Source: Mycobacteriales bacterium
GTDB lineage: Bacteria > Actinomycetota > Actinomycetes > Mycobacteriales > JACQDL01
Direction of reading: 5' to 3'
Assembly (NCBI GenBank): GCA_035476575.1
Contig: DATILL010000065.1
Coordinates: 49,149-113,148 of the forward strand
Length of the DNA: 64,000 bases
The notes beneath the pieces are model-generated. The model did no database searches. It was not told the origin of the DNA and saw nothing but the letters and a program-made list of their open reading frames with translations. The translations under genes and the position numbers were made by a program. This document shows, one piece after another, positions 8,340 through 18,700 of this stretch. Position 1 is the first letter of the stretch; each line of letters begins with the position of its first letter.

Positions 8340-9452
8340 CTACGCGGCGGGTAGCTGCCAAATGTGGTCAGTGTCGAGCCGGACGAGCTGCTGGTCGTGG
8401 CGGATAGTGAGCAGGTAGGCGTCGTAGCTGGGTTTGCCGAGGTGCTCCCATTCGGAGTGGGCGGCCTCGACCTCGTCCCAGAGCCGGCGTGGGCCGTTCT
8501 GGGTGACGGTGCCGGCGGGGGTGATATGGGCGCGCGAACCGTCAGGGTGGCTGAGGTACAGGTCGGCCAGGTCGTTTCCGCCGTTGGCGTAGCTCAGGCT
8601 GGGCAGCGCGATCGAGAGGTGGAAGCGAAACGGTCCGTCGTACACGGCGGTGCTGGGCAGGTTCGCCTGACGGGATGGGCCGGCGGGCTCGGCCGGCGAG
8701 TGAGGGGCCGGCCCGGGCCGAGTGGCCGCCGTCCCGCGCAGTGGCATGAAGTATGCCCCGGACAGGAACCGGCCGGCGGCGCGGTCACCGTCGACCTCCA
8801 GCAGGGCCAGGCCGCTGGCGATGGGCGCGAGTATCTTCCCGCCGGGCCGAGTCTGCGCGAGCCATGCGGGCGGGACGCGGGTCAGGCCGCAGGTGGCGAG
8901 GATCCGGTCGTACGGCGCGCGAGCTGGGTAGCCGTTGGCGCCGTTGCCGCTGCCAATGAGCGGGTGGTAGCCAGCCGCTGCTAGCCGCTTTCGCGCAGCG
9001 GTGCAGAGGCCGGGGTCGATGTCGATGCTGGTGACGAGGTGGTCGCCGAGGCGATGGCAGAGCAGCGCGGCGGTGTAGCCGGTACCGGTGCCGACCTGCA
9101 GCACCCGGTGCCCGTCGGCTACGTCCAGGTCGTGCAGCATCGCGGCGACCAGGGATGGCATGGTGCCGGAGGAGGTGACGCTGGCGGGGGTGATCTGGGT
9201 GATCAGCGTGCTGTCGCGGTAGACCGCGGCCAGCCACTCCTGCCGATCCTCCACTCGCGTGCTGTCGACCAGACGATAGCCGGGCTGAGCGTAGAATCGC
9301 GGGACAAGCAGGTGCCGTGGTACCGCGGTGAAGGCCGCCTGCCACGCGGGGTCGGGCAGCGACCCATCAGCGACGAGCTCGGTGACCAGCGCCTTCCTCA
9401 GTTCTGCCGCCAGCTCTGTCGCGTCACGCGGTTGTGCGGCTGGACCGTTCAC
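8340..9452 (-). CDS. RiPP-associated O-methyltransferase, protein-L-isoaspartate O-methyltransferase (PIMT) homologue with a C-terminal extension
   Basis: A PIMT-like N-terminal half (AFTAVPRHLLVPRFY) and a SAM-binding GxGxG motif (VLQVGTGTGYTAALL) are present. The preferred start, GTG 9452, overlaps the ATP-grasp stop (GTGA). The tracked ORF begins further upstream, at 9524. Confidence 0.8.
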   Translation of the reverse strand: MNGPAAQPRDATELAAELRKALVTELVADGSLPDPAWQAAFTAVPRHLLVPRFYAQPGYRLVDSTRVEDRQEWLAAVYRDSTLITQITPASVTSSGTMPSLVAAMLHDLDVADGHRVLQVGTGTGYTAALLCHRLGDHLVTSIDIDPGLCTAARKRLAAAGYHPLIGSGNGANGYPARAPYDRILATCGLTRVPPAWLAQTRPGGKILAPIASGLALLEVDGDRAAGRFLSGAYFMPLRGTAATRPGPAPHSPAEPAGPSRQANLPSTAVYDGPFRFHLSIALPSLSYANGGNDLADLYLSHPDGSRAHITPAGTVTQNGPRRLWDEVEAAHSEWEHLGKPSYDAYLLTIRHDQQLVRLDTDHIWQLPAA

Positions 9453-10444
9453 GGCTGTTCCATGAGCAGGTCGGCGATCGACGCGGAGATCGGTATGCCA
9501 GTCCGGTATTCCAACCAGGCCCACTGCCCGGCCGGGTTCACGTCCACCAGCAGATGCCGGCCGGTGCCTTTCTCGACCACAAAGTCCAGTGTGGCGAAGT
9601 GCAGCCCGAGGTGCTTGAGCAGCCGTGCGACGCCGAGCGACTCCGGCTCGGGCAGCTCGCCGATGCGGTAGTCCAGGTCGGCGTAGTGAGCTCGCCAGTC
9701 CAACAGGTCCCGACCGGTGGCCGAGCGGATCTCAACCGCGAACATCTGCCGACCGACGACGGTCACCCGCAGGTCATGGTCTTTGTCGATGAGCTGCTGG
9801 AAGCAATGCCCGGTAGCTCGTATTCCGGGATCTTCCCAGCGCCCGGTAGGGACCTCGGTGACGTACACGACTCTGCTCGGCCGCCCGTGCTTGTCACGGA
9901 GACCGCGTCCGTCCAACGGCTTGTACACGATCCGGCCGCCCACCTCCGCGGCAAACGGCGGCACATCCTCGGGCCGGTTGGTGATCAAAGTGGGCGGCAC
10001 GACCAGACCGCAAGCGCGAGCGGCCGCCAGGTTGACCGGCTTGGACTCAGCCCCTTCCACCGCGGCAGGGTCGTTGACCAGGCGAACAGGTAACGACCGC
10101 AGGACTCCCCACAGCGCGTGACGACCCTGCCGCGCGCACCATTGTCGCTGCTCGGCGGGCAGCGCCTCGGCCGGCCGGACGTCACCGGCTCGGCGCCAGT
10201 ACACCGATCGGAGTCGGGTCAGGTCGACCTCCCGGAGGCCCCACATCGACCCAGACCAACCCTCACCCTTCTCGGCGGCGCCCAAGGTGGCGGTCAGGGA
10301 CAGCCCTGCTGGGAAGTGCGCGCCGTCGATGCGTGCGAAGCTCACCCCCCGCTCCAACAGATGCCGGATGACGTGGTCTGCGGTCGGGTCGACATCGGCG
10401 GTGACAACCAGGACGCGAGGGCTGTCGGGCATGGGTGACGTCAC
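9449..10444 (-). CDS. ATP-grasp ribosomal peptide maturase (graspetide omega-ester/amide ligase)
   Basis: 331-aa ORF with ATP-grasp-type motifs (IVYKPL, FQQLIDKDHDLRVTVVG, LDFVVEKGTGRHLLVDVNPAGQW). It lies between a small precursor ORF and the methyltransferase. The start could be GTG 10444 or ATG 10432. Confidence 0.8.
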   Translation of the reverse strand: MTSPMPDSPRVLVVTADVDPTADHVIRHLLERGVSFARIDGAHFPAGLSLTATLGAAEKGEGWSGSMWGLREVDLTRLRSVYWRRAGDVRPAEALPAEQRQWCARQGRHALWGVLRSLPVRLVNDPAAVEGAESKPVNLAAARACGLVVPPTLITNRPEDVPPFAAEVGGRIVYKPLDGRGLRDKHGRPSRVVYVTEVPTGRWEDPGIRATGHCFQQLIDKDHDLRVTVVGRQMFAVEIRSATGRDLLDWRAHYADLDYRIGELPEPESLGVARLLKHLGLHFATLDFVVEKGTGRHLLVDVNPAGQWAWLEYRTGIPISASIADLLMEQP

Positions 10445-10450
10445 GTTGCC

Positions 10451-10699
10451 TTAGTCGTGCGCGGGGTCGGTGTCGACGGCGAGTGGGTCCTTGCCGTCGG
10501 GGTTGGTTTGCGCGGTGCAGGTCGCCACCATCGGCGCGACCTCGTGTAGCGGCCGACCATCCGGCAACACCGCGATCTGCTGGTCCGGGCAGAGGAAGGC
10601 GGCGGACAACACGGACCCATCAGGGTCGGCTGGGACCGGCAGCGCGAACACCAACCCCAACGGCGGACAAGGCTGCACATCGACGGTTATCGGATCCAT
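10451..10699 (-). CDS. Graspetide precursor peptide (82 aa); predicted core ..ATCTAQTNPDGKDPLAVDTDPAHD
   Basis: ATG 10699 is preceded by GGAGAGGAG. The Thr- and Asp-rich C-terminus surrounds an Asp-Gly dipeptide. The gene sits 6 nt upstream of the ATP-grasp gene. The 268-aa tracked ORF (to 11257) is treated as an upstream read-through artefact. Confidence 0.7.
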   Translation of the reverse strand: MDPITVDVQPCPPLGLVFALPVPADPDGSVLSAAFLCPDQQIAVLPDGRPLHEVAPMVATCTAQTNPDGKDPLAVDTDPAHD

Positions 10700-10949
10700 G
10701 GAGTCTCCTCTCCTGCGGCCAGATCTTATCCGGACGAGGCATGGTTTCTCACCACCTGGTCGGCACGGAAGTGGCTCGCCGTCCTCACGCGGCCGTTTAG
10801 CTACGACGAGCAACCGGCCGATAGGGCAGTTTCTTGAAGACCGAGACCGATATTGTCCGCGGTGCCGTGCGTCAGCCCGTGTTCGATGAAGGGTATGGGT
10901 GCAGAGCCGATCGAGATAGTTGGTCTGCTGGTGTCCGGTCTGTCTGCCG

Positions 10950-11253
10950 CGGGCGTGCGCCGGGGGCGGGTCGCGGCGTGGCAGACTCCACCTCATGTTG
11001 CGCTGGATAACCGCGGGGGAGTCGCACGGCCCCGCGCTGGTCGCCGTACTCGAGGGGCTGCCGGCCGCGGTGCCCGGATGAGCTTCGAGCGGGACGAGGT
11101 CGAGCTGACCGGCGGGGTCCGGCACGGGGTCACGATGGGCGGCCCGGTCGCGATCCGGGTCATGGCCGTCGACCCGGTCGACCCGGACGAGCTCGCCAGC
11201 CTGGCCCGCAACGCCCCCCTGACCCGGCCCCGCCCCGGCCACGCCGACCTGGA
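10950..11253 (+). pseudogene. aroC: Decayed duplicate of the aroC 5' end plus about 40 nt of upstream leader
   Basis: The nucleotide sequence is near-identical to 12072-12470, apart from two internal deletions. Read from ATG 10995 it gives [28 protein letters not shown] and then a stop. Confidence 0.85.
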
Positions 11254-11454
11254 ACATGTGGGCGCGGGCCTATCCGCCCCGGCCGGCAGGAGATCCCGTG
11301 CCTGGTCCGGGACGGCGACGTCGTCCCGGACTGCACCACCTCGTTTCCGCAGGTCAACGGGGGGTGGGACGGTGGGACAGTTCTTGTAGGTCGGCGCTGT
11401 CCCACCTCCGCTACGGACATGCGACACTGGCCAGGGACAAGGAACGGAGGTGCG

Positions 11455-11640
11455 ATGACGACCAGCAACCCCGATCACACCGCGCTGCCTGAGCCGCTCA
11501 CCGTCGAGGAGCTGTTCCGGCACGTCCAGCCCATCCGGTCGGCCGACGACCTCGCCTGCGAGGGCATCTTCGAGACCGACGCCGAGCTGGACGAGTTCCT
11601 TGCGCACGTGGTGACAGCGCGACACTCCGATCTTGCATGA
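11455..11640 (+). CDS. Putative type II antitoxin (VapB-like, 61 aa)
   Basis: ATG 11455 follows a GGAACGGAGG RBS. The protein is small and acidic. Its stop overlaps the PIN-toxin start (ATGA at 11637-11640). Confidence 0.55.
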   Translation: MTTSNPDHTALPEPLTVEELFRHVQPIRSADDLACEGIFETDAELDEFLAHVVTARHSDLA

Positions 11641-12028
11641 AGCGCATCGTCCTCGACACCGACGTTGCCTCTCTCAGTCTCAAGCATCGGCTGCCGCCGA
11701 CCACAGCGGCCCGCCTCGTGGGCTGGCAGCCAAGCGTTACCTTGGGCGAGCTGACACAATGGGCGGAGCTACGCCAGTGGGGACAACGAAACCGCGGGCT
11801 TCTCGACAGTGGCTTTCCGGGGTAGCCGTGCTCCCCTGCACCAGCGAGGTGGCACGGACCTGGGGACGGATTTCCGCCTCGGCAGTACGGCGCGGCCGGC
11901 CACGTCCACAGAACGACACGTGGATCGCAGCCTGCTGCCTCACCTACGGCTTCCCGTTGGCAACGCTGAACCTGAAGGACTTCGCCGACTTTGCCGAACA
12001 CGAAGGTCTGAGGTTGCTCGGCAGTTGA
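11637..12028 (+). pseudogene. vapC: PIN-domain toxin VapC, frameshifted
   Basis: The N-terminus MKRIVLDTDVAS (PIN Asp) is in frame 11637-11825. The rest (WLSGVAVLPCTSEVARTWGRI..NDTWIAACCLTYGFPLATLNLKDFADF) is in the frame of ORF 11633-12028. The frame changes near 11800-11815. Confidence 0.7.
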
Positions 12029-12115
12029 CCCGAGCCCCGACTTCACTGTGACATGGCGCGGTGAACGTCGTAGGGGTGCGCTGGGGCGGGGTCGCGGCGT
12101 GGCAGACTCCACCTC

Positions 12116-15349
<3,234 letters not shown>

Positions 15350-16039
15350 CCCACCCGCACGGCTCAGCCGCCACCGGCAGTCCGGGGCGGCACGGGGTGA
15401 GAAACCCTGGCCGCCTATCTCTCCTACCGCAACTCGATGAAGGTTGGTCCGCGTCGACGCGGGCGCGGCGGCGTAGGGACGCAGCCGAGACGGCTGTACG
15501 GCGTAGCCTCGACGGGCCAAAAGACTAGGCTTCTACGAACCGAGGACACAGCTTCTGCCAAGATTTCCCAATGCGCACCGCGACGGCCGCAGATCGTGCT
15601 TGCCGCGCGGCTTCCGCACCGGCGGTGACGCCAGCCTCCGTCTCGCAGCCCATGCCTGGGCGCCGACCGCTAGAGCCGGTAGGCCTGCACCTGCACCCGT
15701 GCCCTTGGCGATTACAGCCGTCGCCACGCTCGTCTCCAGGCACGGCGAGCTGACCCGTGTCGGTCACGCCGGTCTGGTGGGTCTTGCCCATGTCGGTCCC
15801 CTTCCTCCTGGTCTTCCTGACCTTCTTGGCGGATCACCCGATAACCGCCATACGGCAGGTTGCCGGTGGGGAACCGCTGCCTCATTTCCGAAAGTCCGGA
15901 CAACCTCCATGGCGTGCCCGCCACGGGGGCATCGCCACCTGGCGCCTGGTGGCTCCTTTCTTGGCGGCAGCGGAGAGAACTAAATTTCAGAAAACGTGGT
16001 TCTCAACGACAACCGACCGCCACCCTAGGGGGAGACGGC

Positions 16040-16774
16040 ATGGCGGCGCGACAGGAGATAAGACTTGAACTACTGGGTGTCTTTCGGCTTCGGTACGCAC
16101 AGACCGCCGTTGTCCTGCGCCCAAGCTCGCGCCGTCTTATCGCGCTGCTGGCCGTTACCGGAACTCAGGCACGGTTGGACGCCGCCGCGCGGCTGTGGCC
16201 GGACCTGCTGCAGGCCCGAGCCGCGTCCAACTTGCGCACGGCGGCCTGGCGGATCCGGCAGGACGCGTGTGGGCTCCTGGTCAGCGAGGGCGACGTGCTG
16301 CGGCTTGAGGAGCTGAGCTGCGACCTCACGGAGGTACGGGACTGGGCGCGCCGCACGGTGGCCGGTGAGCAGCTTAGCCACCTCCCTGAGCACGCGGCGG
16401 CGGAGCTGCTGCCCCGGTGGAGCGACGAGTGGCTTATCGAGCCCCGCGAAGAGCTCCGGCTCCTGCAGCTGCACGCGCTTGAAGCATTAGCGCAGCGACT
16501 CCTCATGGCTGGTCGGCTCGCTGAGGCATGCACTCACGCGCTGACCGCCGTGATGATGGACCCACTACGCGAAAGCGCTACCCGGCTGCTTATCGAGATT
16601 CATTTGCGCGAGGGCAACACTCTGGACGCCGTCCGGAGGTTCCACCGCTTTGAGGAGCTGCTCGACCAAGAGCTCGACGTTGCGCCCAGCCCCGCGATCA
16701 CCTCTCTGGTGGCTCCCCTTATTACGTCGAAGCGTGCGGCGGGGGTTGACCCGCGAAGGCTCCGCCGGACCTGA
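16040..16774 (+). CDS. SARP-family regulator (OmpR-type winged helix plus bacterial transcriptional activation domain)
   Basis: The protein starts at ATG 16040 (MAARQEIRLELLGVFRL..). A BTAD-like helical region is present (LLIEIHLREGNTLDAVRRFHRFEELLDQELDVAPSP). It lies immediately upstream of the lanthipeptide genes. Confidence 0.75.
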   Translation: MAARQEIRLELLGVFRLRYAQTAVVLRPSSRRLIALLAVTGTQARLDAAARLWPDLLQARAASNLRTAAWRIRQDACGLLVSEGDVLRLEELSCDLTEVRDWARRTVAGEQLSHLPEHAAAELLPRWSDEWLIEPREELRLLQLHALEALAQRLLMAGRLAEACTHALTAVMMDPLRESATRLLIEIHLREGNTLDAVRRFHRFEELLDQELDVAPSPAITSLVAPLITSKRAAGVDPRRLRRT

Positions 16775-17009
16775 GGCTCAGCCACCCTCCGTGGCCGCCG
16801 ACCGCACCATGTGCCCGATAACTCCGTTCTCCGGCAACCCGTTCATCAACGCGTCGACCACTCGGCGTCGGCGCGGCTGCGACGGCATCGAGGCATCGCC
16901 GCGGCGCCCGCGCGGTGAGCTCCCGGCGCGCGAGGAGCCAGTCGACCCACGGGTGGGGAACGTAGCCCGTGCCATGGTCCTGGTGACGCACTCGCAAGGG
17001 AGGGGTCGA

Positions 17010-17372
17010 ATGGCCGACGGCGTGGACCTCGCGCATTTGCAGGAGCTCGAGCAGCGGCTCGCCACGCTCGAGGCACAGTCAGGCCAGCCATCAGGCGGCA
17101 GTGAACAAGGATCCGGAGGTGTCGGAATGACCAGCGGTCAAGGCCAAGCCCCAAGCCCAGAGCAACAAGGGCTTATGCAGGCGTTCTTGCAAGGGGCCAT
17201 GGCGGCCCAGGCGCTCGCCCAAGCGGCGGCACAGCAGGCGGGCCAAGCGGGCCAGGCGGTCGTCGGCGCGCAGGGCGGTGCAGCTCCAGCGGGGTTCACG
17301 AGCTACGACTCCATCTTCTGGTGCAGGAGCCGGTTCATGTGCAACCCGCAGTCAATCTCCTGCTTCTGCTGA
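17010..17372 (+). CDS. Lanthipeptide precursor (120 aa); C-terminal core ..FTSYDSIFWCRSRFMCNPQSISCFC
   Basis: ATG 17010 follows a GGGAGGGG RBS. The leader opens with an amphipathic HLQELEQRLATLEA segment and continues as a long Q/A/G-rich stretch. The last 25 residues contain 6 Ser/Thr and 4 Cys. The kinase and LanC genes lie directly downstream. Confidence 0.75.
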   Translation: MADGVDLAHLQELEQRLATLEAQSGQPSGGSEQGSGGVGMTSGQGQAPSPEQQGLMQAFLQGAMAAQALAQAAAQQAGQAGQAVVGAQGGAAPAGFTSYDSIFWCRSRFMCNPQSISCFC

Positions 17373-17539
17373 GGACGAGAAGAGGCACCTGAGCCGGGCG
17401 GGGCGTCGCGGCCCACGCCATGCCCTGCGCATGCCGTGTGCGGCGCTCCCCTGGCTTGGTCCTTGCGCGCAGCCGGCGAGGAGTGCGGCCCAGTGCGGAA
17501 TGCGGCCAGTGCGGAATGCGGCCCAGTGAGGAGTGGACG

Positions 17540-18700
17540 GTGACGGACAAGCTGCTGACCGAAGCTCACGGAACCCTGACCGAGACTGAGGTCATCCCAT
17601 ACCTGCGCGAACGCGGTCTCGTCGACGGCGCCAGCGTCGTCGACGGCGACATCCGCGTTCTCGACGTGTCGCGACGGAACCGGAACTTCCGCGTGCTCCG
17701 CTCCGCGGGACCGTCGTTCCTGCTCAAGCAGGGCGTCGCGCGGGACAGCTTCAGCGCTGTTGCCCGGGAGGCACGTGCTTATGAGCTGTTCGGCCCGTTG
17801 CCCCACAGCGTCGGGGCGGGATCGTCGCCAGCGTTTCGGCACGCGCCAACCGCGTACGCATACGACGACGAGCGCGACGTGCTGGTCCTGGAGCTCGTGA
17901 CCGGCGTGGAGAACCTGCGCGTCCGGCACCGGCGCGCGCGCCGCCCGCCGCGAGACGCCGCTCGTGCCGTCGGGCGGGCGCTTGCCGCGCTGCACCAGCT
18001 TGTGCCGGCGACGGTCGACCTGGCCACGGCGCAGCGGCTGCTGGGGGCCGGCGAGCCTGGTGTCTTGTCGGTGCAGCGTCCGGGGCTGAGCATGCTGCGC
18101 GACTTCAGCAGCGCGTGCGTTGACCTGGTGCGGATGGTCCAGGCGGCGCCCGACGTCCCCGAGCTGCTCGCCGGCCTGCGGCAGGACTGGCGCACTGACA
18201 CGCTGATTCACCATGACGTCCGCTGGGACAACTTCCTGCTGCCCCTTCCGCGCGCGCGAAATGGCGCACGCGGCCGGCGTGAGGTCATGCTCGTCGACTG
18301 GGAGACCGCCGCCCTGGGCGACCCCTGCTGGGATGTCGGCGCGGTGTTTGGTGAATATCTCGGCGACTGGCTCAGCTCCGTCCCGGGTGTGGCAGGAGAG
18401 CCGCCAGAGCGGTTCCTGCATTTGGCGCGCTGCCCGCTGGAGTCGGTGCAGCCAGCCGTCCGGTCGTTCTGGTCGGCCTATGTCGGGCAGGCCGGCCTGG
18501 CAGCGGGACAGGCCAGCGAGCATCTTCTCCGGTCAGTCCGGTACTCCGGGCTCAAGCTGGTTCAGTCTGGCCTGGAGCAGGTGCAACGGTCCGCCCGGTG
18601 GACCGTCTGCACCGTGTCCTTCCTGCAGGTCGGGGTCAACATCCTGACCAGGCCGGAGGAGGCTGGCGCTGTGCTGCTCGGGTTGGGAGGCGTGGCGTGA
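17540..18700 (+). CDS. Aminoglycoside-phosphotransferase-like kinase (LanK-type dehydration kinase candidate)
   Basis: GTG 17540 follows a GAGGAG RBS. The catalytic loop is HHDVRWDNFLL and the metal-binding segment is LVDWETAALGDPCWDVG. Its stop overlaps the next gene's start. Confidence 0.75.
   Translation: MTDKLLTEAHGTLTETEVIPYLRERGLVDGASVVDGDIRVLDVSRRNRNFRVLRSAGPSFLLKQGVARDSFSAVAREARAYELFGPLPHSVGAGSSPAFRHAPTAYAYDDERDVLVLELVTGVENLRVRHRRARRPPRDAARAVGRALAALHQLVPATVDLATAQRLLGAGEPGVLSVQRPGLSMLRDFSSACVDLVRMVQAAPDVPELLAGLRQDWRTDTLIHHDVRWDNFLLPLPRARNGARGRREVMLVDWETAALGDPCWDVGAVFGEYLGDWLSSVPGVAGEPPERFLHLARCPLESVQPAVRSFWSAYVGQAGLAAGQASEHLLRSVRYSGLKLVQSGLEQVQRSARWTVCTVSFLQVGVNILTRPEEAGAVLLGLGGVA

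Noticed and set aside
10451-11257. A 268-aa minus-strand ORF upstream of the ATP-grasp gene, considered as a real protein.
   Set aside because: Only the last 82 codons are preceded by a strong RBS and resemble a RiPP precursor. The upstream part runs antisense through the decayed aroC fragment and is compositionally junk.
10853-11389. A 178-aa plus-strand ORF, considered as a novel gene.
   Set aside because: It is the aroC 5' duplicate read partly out of frame. The DNA aligns to 12072-12470.
15350-16040. A tRNA or other att-site RNA gene at the boundary of the lanthipeptide island.
   Set aside because: No cloverleaf-compatible sequence or T-loop (GGTTCGAATCC-like) was found by eye here or anywhere in the window. 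This would need tRNAscan-SE to exclude formally.
16650-17372. The full 240-aa ORF, considered as the lanthipeptide precursor.
   Set aside because: The first 120 codons overlap the 3' end of the SARP gene and lack an RBS. ATG 17010 has a GGGAGGGG RBS, and the protein-like sequence begins there.
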